Source of the DNA: Halieaceae bacterium
GTDB taxonomy: Bacteria > Pseudomonadota > Gammaproteobacteria > Pseudomonadales > Halieaceae
Assembly (NCBI GenBank): GCA_038102985.1
Contig: JAYNYK010000004.1
Location: forward strand, 420-64,419
DNA: 64,000 nucleotides
Direction of reading: 5' to 3'
The translations under genes were made by a program, and so were the position numbers. This document shows, piece after piece, positions 11,180 to 21,313 of the stretch (positions are counted from its first letter, which is position 1; every line of letters begins with the position of its first letter). The notes beneath the pieces are model-generated. The model was not told the origin of the DNA. It did no database searches and saw nothing but the letters and a program-made list of their open reading frames with translations.

Positions 11180-11766
11180 CTGAAACCCAACTCCTCACTC
11201 ATCTGCTCTCTTACCCGCTTATCTATAGCTTCCCGGGCCCGAAAAATCCTGGACCGTACCGTACCCACGGGACACTCCAGCACCGCGGCAATATCGTCAT
11301 AACTGAGCCCCTCCAACTCTCTCAGGGTCAGTGCGGCCCGTAATTCTTCCGGAAGCGCATCCATGGCCTCCGTCACCACCTGAGCGAGTTCCTCGCTCAT
11401 CACCACAGCCTCTGGCGTGCTTGATTCAGAAATCAACTCCGCCTGCTCAAAGACCTCAGCATCCTGAATCGTCGTATCCGCACCCGGCCTGCGACCCTTG
11501 GCAACCAGATGATTCTTTGCCGCGTTACTCGCGATTCTATACAACCAGGTATAAAACGCACTGTCGCCACGAAACTTATCCAGCGCCCGGTAGGCCTTGA
11601 TAAAGGCCTCTTGGGTTACATCCTCCACTTCACCGGCGTCACTCACGTAGCGGCCGACTAAAGCACCGATTCGTCCCTGATATTTCAGCACCAGCAGGTC
11701 AAAAGCCCGAGGATCACCCCTCTGTGCTCGCTGAACTAGCTGCTGATCTGTATCAGAGGCTGTCAC
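11176..11766 (-). CDS. rpoE: ECF sigma factor RpoE/AlgU
   Basis: AFDLLVLKYQ, DVTQEAFIKAYRAL, FYTWLYRIA, CPVGTVRSRIFRAREAID. Confidence 0.96.
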   Translation of the reverse strand: MTASDTDQQLVQRAQRGDPRAFDLLVLKYQGRIGALVGRYVSDAGEVEDVTQEAFIKAYRALDKFRGDSAFYTWLYRIASNAAKNHLVAKGRRPGADTTIQDAEVFEQAELISESSTPEAVVMSEELAQVVTEAMDALPEELRAALTLRELEGLSYDDIAAVLECPVGTVRSRIFRAREAIDKRVREQMSEELGFR

Positions 11767-11828
11767 GACTGCGCCTTATTCCGCTCGAAAATCCCGGGAC
11801 TTCGCCTCCCCGATCCTGTATTGCCCTG

Positions 11829-11855
11829 TATGATCACTATCAAGGCAAAAAGTTC
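11829..11855 (-). promoter_or_regulatory. Sigma-E-dependent (autoregulatory) promoter of rpoE operon
   Basis: Minus strand reads GAACTT-tttgccttgatagtga(16 nt)-TCATA, matching the sigma-E/AlgU consensus GAACTT-N16-TCnnA, ~60 nt upstream of rpoE. Confidence 0.75.
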
Positions 11856-11918
11856 CCGATACATTACACTAAGTGACTTCACTATAACCTACGCCCGCGC
11901 CACTAACGGCCCCACAAA

Positions 11919-13556
11919 ATGCCTACTATTAACCGATATGATGTATTGATCGTTGGCAGCGGCGCGGCAGGTCTGAGCTTGGCGCTGCAATTGCCCACTT
12001 CACTGTCCGTCGCCGTGGTATCCAAAACGCAGCTGGGCGCAGGCTCGACGTTTTGGGCACAAGGCGGAATGGCTGCTGTATTACACGATCGGGATTCCGT
12101 GGAGGCTCACGTTGCCGACACCCTCAACGCAGGTGCCGGCCTGTGTCACGAGCCCGCGGTGCGGTTTACCGTTGGTCGCAGCCGTCAGTGTGTGCAATGG
12201 CTTATCGACCAGGGCATGCATTTTGATCTGCGGGAGGATCAAGAAGACGCAGAATTTCGCGAGTTTCATCTCACTATGGAGGGTGGACACAGCCACCGAC
12301 GGGTAATACACGCCGCTGATCAAACGGGAAGAGCAATCTCTCAGGTGCTTGCCTCGCGGGTAGAGGAAGCGAGCAACATCTCGCTGCTTTTGGACCGGTG
12401 CTTAGTAGACGTCATAAAAATCGGCAATCGCGTTTGTGGCGCCTACTTGCTCAATGCGTCGGGCAAGGCCGTCGATACCTTCGCCGCCGACGCTGTTGTG
12501 CTCGCAACAGGGGGCGCCAGCAAAGCCTACCGATACACCACCAATCCCGATGGCGCCAGTGGTGATGGCATCGCTGCGGCGTGGCGCGCGGGATGTCGCG
12601 TCGCCAATCTGGAGTTCAACCAGTTTCACCCCACCTGTCTCTACCACCCAGACAGCCGCTCATTCCTCATGACTGAGGCCTTGCGCGGTGAAGGTGCCAC
12701 ACTGCATCTCGCCGACAACACGCGCTTCATGCCTGTGTTTGATGAGCGAGCTGAGCTGGCGCCTAGAGATATCGTTGCTCGCGCCATCGACCACGAAATG
12801 AAACGGCTGGGCGCAGATTGCGTCTACCTGGATATCAGTCACCGCCCCAAAGAACTGATCATTCGCCACTTTCCGAAAGCCTACGAGAAATGCCTATCGC
12901 TGGGCATTGACATCACCGACGATCGAATACCGGTCGTACCAGCAGCCCACTACACTTGTGGCGGAGTGGTGGTTGATCAGTACGGCGCCACCGATGTACC
13001 TGGCATGTATGTCATCGGAGAATCCGCCTGCACCGGCCTGCATGGCGCCAATCGTATGGCCAGCAATTCACTACTCGAGTGTTTCGTCTACGCACAATCT
13101 GCGGCCGCCCATATCGCCGGATCAATTAACGCGCAAAATGTCGGTCCTATCCCGTGGGATGACAGCAGGGTCAGGGATTCAGATGAGGAGGTCGTCATAC
13201 AGCACAATTGGCAGGAATTGAGGCGCTTGATGTGGGACTACGTGGGCATCGTCAGAACAAATCGTCGTCTTGAATACGCTGGGCAACGCATCGCACTGCT
13301 GGAGCGAGAGGTGGACGGCTACTACGCCCGGTTCCAGATCAGCCGCCCCCTGCTTGAACTGCGTAATCTCGCCAGGGTAGCGGCCTTGATGGTTGAGTCT
13401 GCGTCCAGCAGAAAGGAGAGCCGCGGGCTCCACTTTAACTCCGACTATCCCGACACGTCGCCGTTAAAGAGGGATTCAATCCTCATACCGCCGAACTTCG
13501 ACCGGCACACGGCACTAGATGGCGCAGTCGATCAACTCCCTCAATATGCTTTGTGA
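11919..13556 (+). CDS. nadB: L-aspartate oxidase
   Basis: GSGAAG FAD motif, [34 protein letters not shown]; divergent from rpoE. Confidence 0.95.
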   Translation: MPTINRYDVLIVGSGAAGLSLALQLPTSLSVAVVSKTQLGAGSTFWAQGGMAAVLHDRDSVEAHVADTLNAGAGLCHEPAVRFTVGRSRQCVQWLIDQGMHFDLREDQEDAEFREFHLTMEGGHSHRRVIHAADQTGRAISQVLASRVEEASNISLLLDRCLVDVIKIGNRVCGAYLLNASGKAVDTFAADAVVLATGGASKAYRYTTNPDGASGDGIAAAWRAGCRVANLEFNQFHPTCLYHPDSRSFLMTEALRGEGATLHLADNTRFMPVFDERAELAPRDIVARAIDHEMKRLGADCVYLDISHRPKELIIRHFPKAYEKCLSLGIDITDDRIPVVPAAHYTCGGVVVDQYGATDVPGMYVIGESACTGLHGANRMASNSLLECFVYAQSAAAHIAGSINAQNVGPIPWDDSRVRDSDEEVVIQHNWQELRRLMWDYVGIVRTNRRLEYAGQRIALLEREVDGYYARFQISRPLLELRNLARVAALMVESASSRKESRGLHFNSDYPDTSPLKRDSILIPPNFDRHTALDGAVDQLPQYAL

Positions 13557-13560
13557 GGCA

Positions 13561-13818
13561 TCAACCGTTTAGCCCGTGGAAAGCTCTTATGGCGTCGACG
13601 ATCGGAAGAAAACGGGCTTCCGTTATTGGAGCGCGCCCCATTACCCATTCCAACAGATCCTGATCGCCCTCGTAAAGCAGCTCCAGATACAGCCCTCTGA
13701 GGCTCGCATCCAGCTTCCTAAACCCGTCATCAACAAATGGTGCCAGCAAGAGATCCAGCTCAAGGAGGCCCCGTCGGCTCGCCCACTTGGCCCTGTTCCA
13801 CTCCTCTCGCTGATCCAT
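13561..13818 (-). CDS. sdhE: Succinate dehydrogenase assembly factor 2
   Basis: WASRRGLLELDLLL motif, 85 aa; divergent from ygfZ. Confidence 0.9.
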   Translation of the reverse strand: MDQREEWNRAKWASRRGLLELDLLLAPFVDDGFRKLDASLRGLYLELLYEGDQDLLEWVMGRAPITEARFLPIVDAIRAFHGLNG

Positions 13819-13890
13819 GATTCAACCGCCAATCTTAACTTGCCGCCCAATCTTGTAGTATAGAGCCTCCTCGATCAGGCGCTGACACCC

Positions 13891-14796
13891 GTGGCAACAT
13901 CCTCAACCTCAATTCCCATCCACTCCCTCGAACCTGGTGAATGCATTCTTAAGTTGGCGGGAGCAGATGCCAAAGCTTTTCTTCAGGGACAAACCACGTC
14001 TGACTTTCAGGTGGCGGAGTCAGGCGCGCACGTTTACACGGCTTTCTGTGACGCGAAAGGGAGAGTGCTTGCGGATGCTCTGGCCGTTGTCGTCGACGAT
14101 ACGGTAGTTTTGTTACGAGGACGCCAATCTGTGCTGGCGCAGTTGGCGTCCCACCTTAAACCCTATCTTGCATTTTCGAAATCAACGCTAACACGGACTG
14201 ACTGGGGCGTGTACTGCAGTGGCCCCGAGTCGGGCGCTGAAAATGAGCCTGAAGGCGCTCGATTAATCGAAGAGGACGGCGAGCTCAACACGGTTGTTAT
14301 TCGTCGCGATACAACATTCTCGGAATACTGGCATAGCGCTGCATCGAAAACCCGGCACGACCCAAAAGATGTCACGCCCCTCGCTCGCGTCGATTTTGAG
14401 ACGGCCCGAGCGCGCGTAGAGGCGACCACTATTGGCGCCTATCTGCCGCAGGATCTCAATTATGACCGTAACGAAACAGTGAGCTTCACCAAGGGCTGCT
14501 ACACTGGGCAAGAGATTGTGGCGCGCCTGCACTATCGCGGGACGCCCAAGCGACGGCTGCACCGCGCCTTGGCGTCAGGCGCCGCTGTGGGAGCCCAGCC
14601 AGGAGAGAGCATCACCGACGCCGATGGACGGCGGGTCGGTAGTATTATCAACCTGCTGTCGCTGGACGAACAGCTCCCCATGCTAATCGAAGTCATCCCA
14701 AATACTATCGGCAACCCACTGTTTATTGGCGAAAAAGGCCCACCGCTCTCATCGGTGGAGGCCTGTCATCCCACAACAGACCAATCGACGGGCTGA
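13891..14796 (+). CDS. ygfZ: Folate-binding Fe-S repair/tRNA-modification protein YgfZ
   Basis: FLQGQTT and KGCYTGQEIVAR signature. Confidence 0.9.
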   Translation: MATSSTSIPIHSLEPGECILKLAGADAKAFLQGQTTSDFQVAESGAHVYTAFCDAKGRVLADALAVVVDDTVVLLRGRQSVLAQLASHLKPYLAFSKSTLTRTDWGVYCSGPESGAENEPEGARLIEEDGELNTVVIRRDTTFSEYWHSAASKTRHDPKDVTPLARVDFETARARVEATTIGAYLPQDLNYDRNETVSFTKGCYTGQEIVARLHYRGTPKRRLHRALASGAAVGAQPGESITDADGRRVGSIINLLSLDEQLPMLIEVIPNTIGNPLFIGEKGPPLSSVEACHPTTDQSTG

Positions 14797-15467
14797 TACC
14801 CATTATTTTGCAAGAAACGATTCGCCTGACTAAAGTGCCTACAGCCGAGGAATCCCCGGTGCGCTGACAGCGGTGACGGATGCGGCGCCGCAAGAACACA
14901 GTGCTTTTGTCGATTTATCGCCGCACCCTTTTGCTGGGCGTGCTTGCCCCACAACAAGAAAACCACGGGCCGATCACCGCTATTGATGGCGGCAATCACT
15001 GCATCGGTGAAGGCCTCCCACCCTTTTCCCTGATGAGATCCCGGTAAGCCGCGCTCGACCGAAAGTACGCTATTGAGCAAGAGCACGCCCTGCTGGGCCC
15101 AACCGGTGAGATCGCCATGGTTCGGTGGAGCAATCGAGAGATCCGCCTGCAACTCGGCAAAAATATTTCGCAGCGACGGCGGTATGGGCTGCCCTTTACT
15201 GACCGAGAAACTCAATCCATTGGCTTGCTGCGGGCCGTGATAAGGGTCCTGGCCGATCACCACGACCCGAACCTCCGATGCAGGCGTCGCGTCCAGCGCG
15301 GCAAAAAACTGGTGCCCGGGTGGATAAATCACCTTACCTGCCGCCTTTTCGGCCCTGAGGAAAGCCTTTAGATCAGCCATGAAAGCACTGCGGAAGGTTG
15401 CCTCCAGAAGCGCGAGCCATTCGGGGCAAAGTCGAACGTCTTCTAGACCCGGCGATTGAAAAGTCAT
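14766..15467 (-). CDS. ung: Uracil-DNA glycosylase (family 1)
   Basis: GQDPYHG, PPSLRNI, GVLLLN, HPSPLS. Confidence 0.95.
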   Translation of the reverse strand: MTFQSPGLEDVRLCPEWLALLEATFRSAFMADLKAFLRAEKAAGKVIYPPGHQFFAALDATPASEVRVVVIGQDPYHGPQQANGLSFSVSKGQPIPPSLRNIFAELQADLSIAPPNHGDLTGWAQQGVLLLNSVLSVERGLPGSHQGKGWEAFTDAVIAAINSGDRPVVFLLWGKHAQQKGAAINRQKHCVLAAPHPSPLSAHRGFLGCRHFSQANRFLQNNGYQPVDWSVVG

Positions 15468-16369
15468 GAGCTTGTTCTCGCGCTACGTCGCGTCATCCGG
15501 AGCAAACCCCGACCGGAAACCAATAGGACGCCGAGCCACACCAGGGCAAAGGACAGAGCAGTCACACCATCGATAGACTCTCCGAGTAAGGTTTGGGCCA
15601 CCAGTAGTTGCAGGGTGGGCCCAAGATAAGAGGTGTAGCCAACCACGCTCAGCGGCAACAGCCGGGCGGCAGCAATGTAAGTCAGCAATGGCGCCGTGGT
15701 GTAGATACCTGACATCAATAGGAAAGAATCCACCTTCAACCCGTGAACCCCCATGCCGGCGCCGTCAGTCAACCACAACCAGACAAGAGCAACAGGTGCC
15801 ATACACAACGTCTCGATGAATAGTCCCTGAATGGTGTCTGCCGCAATTTTTTTCCGAATAGCGCCGTAAACCGAAAAGCTGCTGGCAAGGGCGAGACTAA
15901 TCCAAGGCAAACTGCCATAGGAAATCAGCTGCACCAACACCGCAAAGATTGCCAGCGCAATTGCTAAACGATCGGACCACCCCAACGCCTCATGAAATAA
16001 TACTCTCCCGACACCAATGGTCAGCAGTGGCAACATAAAGTAACCGAGGCTTGCCTCGGTAGCGCGACCCACAGTCACCGCATAGACAAAGACACCCCAG
16101 TTCACACCGAGTAAACCCGCCGCCAGGAGACTCCAGAAAAACGTGCTACCCGCCCGCATGAGATCTATCGTTGGGCGCAATCGACCTGCCATCAGCAAAA
16201 TCACTGCAGCGATGGGCAAGCTCCAAACCGCCCGATGGGCCACAACGTCGATTGCCTCAACCGGCGCGGTTTCAATCCAAAAAAGCGCTGCGACCCCCCA
16301 AAGAATGTTGGCAACGATTGCCAGTGATAGGCCCGAACGGAGTTGCTGCGGCGAATACTCCAATGACAT
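15464..16369 (-). CDS. rarD: EamA/DMT-family transporter RarD
   Basis: About 10 TM segments; AHRAVWS, NWGVFVYAV, EASLGYF, YGAIRKK; start placed at MSLEYS. Confidence 0.85.
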   Translation of the reverse strand: MSLEYSPQQLRSGLSLAIVANILWGVAALFWIETAPVEAIDVVAHRAVWSLPIAAVILLMAGRLRPTIDLMRAGSTFFWSLLAAGLLGVNWGVFVYAVTVGRATEASLGYFMLPLLTIGVGRVLFHEALGWSDRLAIALAIFAVLVQLISYGSLPWISLALASSFSVYGAIRKKIAADTIQGLFIETLCMAPVALVWLWLTDGAGMGVHGLKVDSFLLMSGIYTTAPLLTYIAAARLLPLSVVGYTSYLGPTLQLLVAQTLLGESIDGVTALSFALVWLGVLLVSGRGLLRMTRRSARTSS

Positions 16370-16535
16370 GCTTTCTGTCCTGACCCCTCGTTTCGCCGGA
16401 TTCCTAGCATCTCGACGCGCCGGAGCATACACCAGCCGTGTTCCGAGATACCCCCTTTCCACTGACACCTTTTCAATGACCAGGAACCCAGTTAGCCTCC
16501 AGCGGCCGCCGAATCATCCAAAAAAGCGAGACACT

Positions 16536-17264
16536 ATGCCTATTTTTAACGCGCACACGCTTGCCACGGCCCCCACTATATTTTGCATATTCCTGTCAAC
16601 AGTACTCATGTTTTGGTCCGGGGGGGCTACCCCGGCTAGCCGATCGGATCAAGACTGGACTCGGGCAATCGTCAAAATTGAGGTACCGATCGTACGGCGT
16701 ATTGAAGGGTATGCGCGCCATTTTCTTGAGCGCTGCAGCGCCACGGTCGTCTCACCGGGACCCAAGCCACTGCTGATCAGTGCGTGGCACTGTTTCGACG
16801 GTCATGAGGCGCTTGGGTCGCCAGCAACGCTTTTAACGGATAGCGGTCCGATCGCGCTTGAGCTATTGGCATCAGGGGGCTCAATGCAGCAAGACTGGGC
16901 AGTGCTCCAAGCCACCGGCGCTTGGGTGCCCCATACATGGATCCCGATCGCACCCGTGCGGGCAAAGCAGGGGTCACGCATTAGCGCCGCCGGATTCAGT
17001 CGTTTGTCAGAGGCTGATTTCAACACCACCACGAATCACGTGGATCGCTCCTTAATCATCGATCCCAACTGCCGGGTCACTGCAGCGGGCTCACCACCGC
17101 TTGCCTCAAGCTGTGTGATTCGCCGGGGTGCATCTGGTGGAGCCATTTTGGGCAGGACCCAAGGTGGTGGCCTCCGGGTCTTCGGAATCATTTCTGCCGG
17201 CGATAGCGAAACGGTGAGCTATTTTTACCCCACGGACTTAATATCGTCACGAGTCCGGCCCTAA
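16536..17264 (+). CDS. Exported trypsin-like (S1) serine protease
   Basis: Hydrophobic N-terminus; CSAT..ISAWHCF (His), QDWAVL (Asp), GASGGAI (Ser). ORF-track extension to 16143 overlaps rarD and is unlikely. Confidence 0.7.
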   Translation: MPIFNAHTLATAPTIFCIFLSTVLMFWSGGATPASRSDQDWTRAIVKIEVPIVRRIEGYARHFLERCSATVVSPGPKPLLISAWHCFDGHEALGSPATLLTDSGPIALELLASGGSMQQDWAVLQATGAWVPHTWIPIAPVRAKQGSRISAAGFSRLSEADFNTTTNHVDRSLIIDPNCRVTAAGSPPLASSCVIRRGASGGAILGRTQGGGLRVFGIISAGDSETVSYFYPTDLISSRVRP

Positions 17265-18223
17265 TGAGCGGCTTTTTTCTGTTGTCTGGCGGGCGGCGGC
17301 CCACCAATGTGCTGCTGCCCGCGTCGAGCAGCCAGATCTACCTGCTTTTGCCGCTCTCTCAAGCGCGCCTCCCGATCCTCCGTTAACTGCACATAACAGT
17401 GGGGACAAGATACGCCCTTTTCGTAGTGTCTGGACGCCTTCTCCTCCTCAGTAATCGGGTGCCTGCAGGCGTAGCACTGATCAAAACGACCCTTCACCAA
17501 ACGATGATCCACGGCTACCCGCGAGTCGAAAACAAAGCACTCACCCTCCCATCGAGATTCTGACTCTGGAATTTCCTCCAGATACTTCAGAATGCCCCCT
17601 TTCAAATGCCAGACCTCCGCAAAACCCTCCGATAGCAGAAAGGAGGTCGATTTCTCGCAACGAATTCCCCCGGTACAGAACATGGCAATCTTTTTATGCT
17701 CGCCCGGCCGCAAGTTGTCTCGCGCCCACTGGGGGAAGTCTCGGAAACTTTTTGTTGAGGGATTCACCGCTCCCTTAAAGCTGCCGATAGCCACCTCATA
17801 ATCATTGCGCGTATCTATGATCAGACATTCCGGATCATCGACGAGCGCGTTCCATTGTGCCGGAGTGGCATACCGGCCAACGCAAACGCCCGGGTCGATA
17901 TGATCAACCCCCATGGTGACGATTTCCCGTTTCAGTTTCACTTTCATTCTGTGGAAGGGGTCTGCGGTGTGAAACGACTCTTTCCAGTCGAGCCCTTTAA
18001 ATCTTGTGTCTTTAAGCAGCCAGTCAATCACTGACTGGATACCTGAGCGCGTACCCGCGATAGTGCCATTGATGCCCTCTCGCGCCAGTAAAAGCGTGCC
18101 CTTCAACTCGGCGTGTTCGCAAACACTGAGCAACGGCGCTTTTAATTCCGCATAATCTTCCAGCGTAACGAAGCGGTACAGCGCGACAACACGGCGCTCG
18201 TGTTGCTCAGCGGGCGGCGTCAT
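17261..18223 (-). CDS. trhO: Rhodanese-domain tRNA uridine(34) hydroxylase (YceA/TrhO)
   Basis: [43 protein letters not shown]; ATG overlaps bolA stop. Confidence 0.9.
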   Translation of the reverse strand: MTPPAEQHERRVVALYRFVTLEDYAELKAPLLSVCEHAELKGTLLLAREGINGTIAGTRSGIQSVIDWLLKDTRFKGLDWKESFHTADPFHRMKVKLKREIVTMGVDHIDPGVCVGRYATPAQWNALVDDPECLIIDTRNDYEVAIGSFKGAVNPSTKSFRDFPQWARDNLRPGEHKKIAMFCTGGIRCEKSTSFLLSEGFAEVWHLKGGILKYLEEIPESESRWEGECFVFDSRVAVDHRLVKGRFDQCYACRHPITEEEKASRHYEKGVSCPHCYVQLTEDREARLRERQKQVDLAARRGQQHIGGPPPARQQKKAAH

Positions 18224-18531
18224 TTTCCAGAGCCCCCCCGACAATCAGGGGAAGCGGGTGCGCCCGCCGATCTAGCCCACTCCTGCGCGGTGAAAGTGTG
18301 CAGCGCCAGCGCATGCACTGGGCCTGCCAGCCAGGATGCCAAAGTGCCGTACACTGCTTGATGCCGCTTGACGCTCCTGACACCATCGAAACGCGCGCTG
18401 ACCAACGTCACCTTAAAGTGAGTCTCCGACCCAGGCGGGACATTGTGCCGATGGCTCTCGTTCTCCACGCTGAGAAACGAGGGATCGAAGCTTGTACTTA
18501 GCGCGTCAGTTATTTCTTCTTGGATGGTCAT
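18220..18531 (-). CDS. bolA: BolA family protein
   Basis: NESHRH, SETHFKV, RHQAVY, HALALHT, SPDCRGG. Confidence 0.9.
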   Translation of the reverse strand: MTIQEEITDALSTSFDPSFLSVENESHRHNVPPGSETHFKVTLVSARFDGVRSVKRHQAVYGTLASWLAGPVHALALHTFTAQEWARSAGAPASPDCRGGSGK

Positions 18532-18599
18532 GGCTCTATTCTAAAACTCAGTCGTGTTATTTTACGACGAATCCACAAAGACATCTGCCTAACTTTCCA

Positions 18600-19055
18600 A
18601 TGAGCACCTCGTCCAACACTGCGAACGAACAGGAAGCGCCCCTTTGGCGCCACACTTTAGCCATGGTTTACGACAGCCTGCTGATCATCCCACTCTTTAT
18701 GGCGGCCACCGCCATGTGGGTGGTGATCTGGGGCCCTACTGAAAGCGCATTGACCCAGACTGTACCTCCCATTTTGCAGCGTTTGACCTGGAGCTTCATC
18801 GTCTTCGCCTTTTTCGGGCTATTCTGGCGCAAGAGCGGACAAACGCTGGGAATGCAAGCGTGGCGAATTAAGCTGATTTCTGAGCAAGGCGGCCAACTCG
18901 CTTGGACGCAAGTCACGCTGCGAGTGATAGGGGCATCTCTATCTTTGATCGCCTTCGGGGCCGGATTTTTCTGGCGGTTCATGCCGCCAAGGTATCGATA
19001 CTGGCATGACACCCTGTCCGGCACCCGATTGGTTTTAGTACCAAAACCGGATTAA
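18600..19055 (+). CDS. RDD family membrane protein
   Basis: AMVYD, GQTLGMQAWRI, WHDTLSGT; usual neighbour of lptG. Confidence 0.85.
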   Translation: MSTSSNTANEQEAPLWRHTLAMVYDSLLIIPLFMAATAMWVVIWGPTESALTQTVPPILQRLTWSFIVFAFFGLFWRKSGQTLGMQAWRIKLISEQGGQLAWTQVTLRVIGASLSLIAFGAGFFWRFMPPRYRYWHDTLSGTRLVLVPKPD

Positions 19056-19065
19056 AGCGCCCCGG

Positions 19066-20127
19066 CTAGGCGCGCCGCCATAGCAACCACATTCCACCCA
19101 CCCAACAGACTGCTATTGGCGAGAGCGCCGCCACAAGGGGGTCATAACCGAAGATCAAACTGGCGGGCCCGAAAAAATCCTGACTGATTCTAAACGCAAC
19201 GCCGACAATAATGCCGATAAAGACCCGTGCCGCCATCGTGCCCTCACGAAGGGGCCCAAAGATGAAAGACATTGCCACGAGTACCAGAGCAAGCGTTGCC
19301 AACGGCTGCAGCACTTTTCGCCAAAAAGCCAGTTCAATATCGACAAACACCATCCCCTGCCGCTGCAGATATCGCGCGTAGGGCCACAGCTGCATGATGG
19401 GAAGCGTCTCTGGCTCGACAACGTCCAGCGTCAATAATTGAGGCGTGATTGCCGTATCCCATCGCCACAGCGTGTCTCGCTGAATCGCTGTGCCCTCTGC
19501 CCCGAGGTGAGTGGAACGCACTTGTTCGAGCATCCAGTGGTCCCCGGCATGGGTTCCCCGCTCAGCGATCAAAGACCTGACGAGCCGATATTCCTCGTCA
19601 AAAGTCAGTAGCGTTACCCCGTAGGCGACACCGCCTCGCTGCACGGCATCAACATGGATAAAAGTGTTCCCATCTCGATTCCATGCGCCGAAACGACCCG
19701 CCACCGCTGATTCCGAGCGCTGTGCCAGCGCCCGATGACTCATCGCCAACTGCTCAGAGTGTGGCGCTATAAATTCCCCTACCGCGAAACCAAACATTGC
19801 CATCACCATGGCGGGCTTCAGCACCATGATCGCAATCCCGCCGAGGGAAACGCCGGAAGCGCGCACTACCACCAGTTCACTTGATGCCGCGAGACGGCCG
19901 AGCGCGATCAGCGCGCCAATCAACCCGGCAAATGGAACAAACTCGTGAATCCTTCGAGGGATTGTATAGCCGACATAGATGAGCACATCGGCGAACTCAT
20001 AACCATTGCCAATATCATCGGATTCATCGATGACAGAAATGAGCGCGTCCAAGCCGGCAAGCAGAACCAGCACTGCAAGCGTTGCCAGTAAGACCGAGCG
20101 GCCGATGTAGTAATCAAACTTTCGCAT
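19066..20127 (-). CDS. lptG: LPS export ABC permease LptG
   Basis: LAASSELVVVRASGVS, FIFGPLR; paired with lptF. Confidence 0.92.
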   Translation of the reverse strand: MRKFDYYIGRSVLLATLAVLVLLAGLDALISVIDESDDIGNGYEFADVLIYVGYTIPRRIHEFVPFAGLIGALIALGRLAASSELVVVRASGVSLGGIAIMVLKPAMVMAMFGFAVGEFIAPHSEQLAMSHRALAQRSESAVAGRFGAWNRDGNTFIHVDAVQRGGVAYGVTLLTFDEEYRLVRSLIAERGTHAGDHWMLEQVRSTHLGAEGTAIQRDTLWRWDTAITPQLLTLDVVEPETLPIMQLWPYARYLQRQGMVFVDIELAFWRKVLQPLATLALVLVAMSFIFGPLREGTMAARVFIGIIVGVAFRISQDFFGPASLIFGYDPLVAALSPIAVCWVGGMWLLWRRA

Positions 20128-21217
20128 GTGCTGGTTTCATCGCCGCCCTCAAACGTTCTGTATTCAGGAGGAGGACGGCCAAAATACTCATCACACAGTG
20201 CACCGCCACCATCAGCTCCGGGCCACTGCCTGACTCGATTACCGCGCGACCTTGGGTGAGGCCCAGAAAATAGAGGAGCAACACGACCATCGCTGGCCCA
20301 ATTTTGGCATAGCGGCCTTTCCGGGCATCGGTTTTGCTGAGCGCCAGCGCAATCAAGGCTGCGGCGGGCACCATGAGCGGCAGCGAGAGCCTCCACCAGA
20401 GCGCGCCGCGCAATTTAGGCTCCTCACTCACCAACAGGGTAGCGGTGGGTACCGCCTCCACCTTACCGGAGCGCCGCAGACTGTTATTCGATTCTGGTAT
20501 CAGCTCACCGTAGAGTTCGAAGGTGACCTCCTCCAGCGCTAAATTTCCCGGGGATCCGCGGTAACGGCTTCCACCCCGCAGCTCGAGGTAACGTCGCCCC
20601 GACTGTTCGTCTAGGACAATTTCGCCCTCCCTCGCAAATGTAGCTGTATGAGCGCCAATACCCCGTTCATTCCTCTCGAAAACAAAAATATTGTGCATCA
20701 AGCCGCTGTCATCGATTCGCTCCGCGTAGGTGACGTAACTACCACGACGCTGCTTTCTGAATCGACCTTCGTTCAGCATGTGCAGTCCCTCTGCAGAGCG
20801 CGGGTTGTCCAACAGCACTTGCGCCCTGGCGGAGCCCTCTGGGGCGATGTAGAGCGCCAGTACCGCTACCACGGCCATCACCAGGGACGCTGGCACCAGA
20901 ACGTAGAGCGCCAGTCGACCAGGACCCACCCCGCAGGCTCTGAGCACAGCCATTTCACTGTCTGCATACAGGCGACCCAAACTCAGCAGAATCCCGATGA
21001 ATAGCCCAAGGGGAAGAATCATTTCCAAAAACCCGGGCAACTTGAACAGCATGATAGGGAGCAATACATCGCCCGTGAGTGACCCGACCGCCGCCTCGGC
21101 CAGGTAGCGAATGAATCGACCGGCAAAAACCACGAGAAAGAGGACCAAGCTCACCGCCAGTGTGTGAGTCAGAATATCTCGTGTTAGATACCGCAGGATG
21201 CGCATGCGATCAGCCAA
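20114..21217 (-). CDS. lptF: LPS export ABC permease LptF
   Basis: LGRLYADSEMAVLRACG, WRLSLP; divergent from pepA. Confidence 0.92.
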   Translation of the reverse strand: MADRMRILRYLTRDILTHTLAVSLVLFLVVFAGRFIRYLAEAAVGSLTGDVLLPIMLFKLPGFLEMILPLGLFIGILLSLGRLYADSEMAVLRACGVGPGRLALYVLVPASLVMAVVAVLALYIAPEGSARAQVLLDNPRSAEGLHMLNEGRFRKQRRGSYVTYAERIDDSGLMHNIFVFERNERGIGAHTATFAREGEIVLDEQSGRRYLELRGGSRYRGSPGNLALEEVTFELYGELIPESNNSLRRSGKVEAVPTATLLVSEEPKLRGALWWRLSLPLMVPAAALIALALSKTDARKGRYAKIGPAMVVLLLYFLGLTQGRAVIESGSGPELMVAVHCVMSILAVLLLNTERLRAAMKPAHAKV

Positions 21218-21313
21218 TTCACGTGGGTTCCCAACGGGGTTATTTCGTTAGCCCTCCGGTCATCATACACTAGCGCCCTTTCACTCCGCCCTTTTATGGC
21301 TACAGGAACATGC

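Noticed and set aside
16143-16535. 131-aa N-terminal extension of the protease ORF
   Set aside because: Overlaps rarD on the opposite strand with no protein-like features
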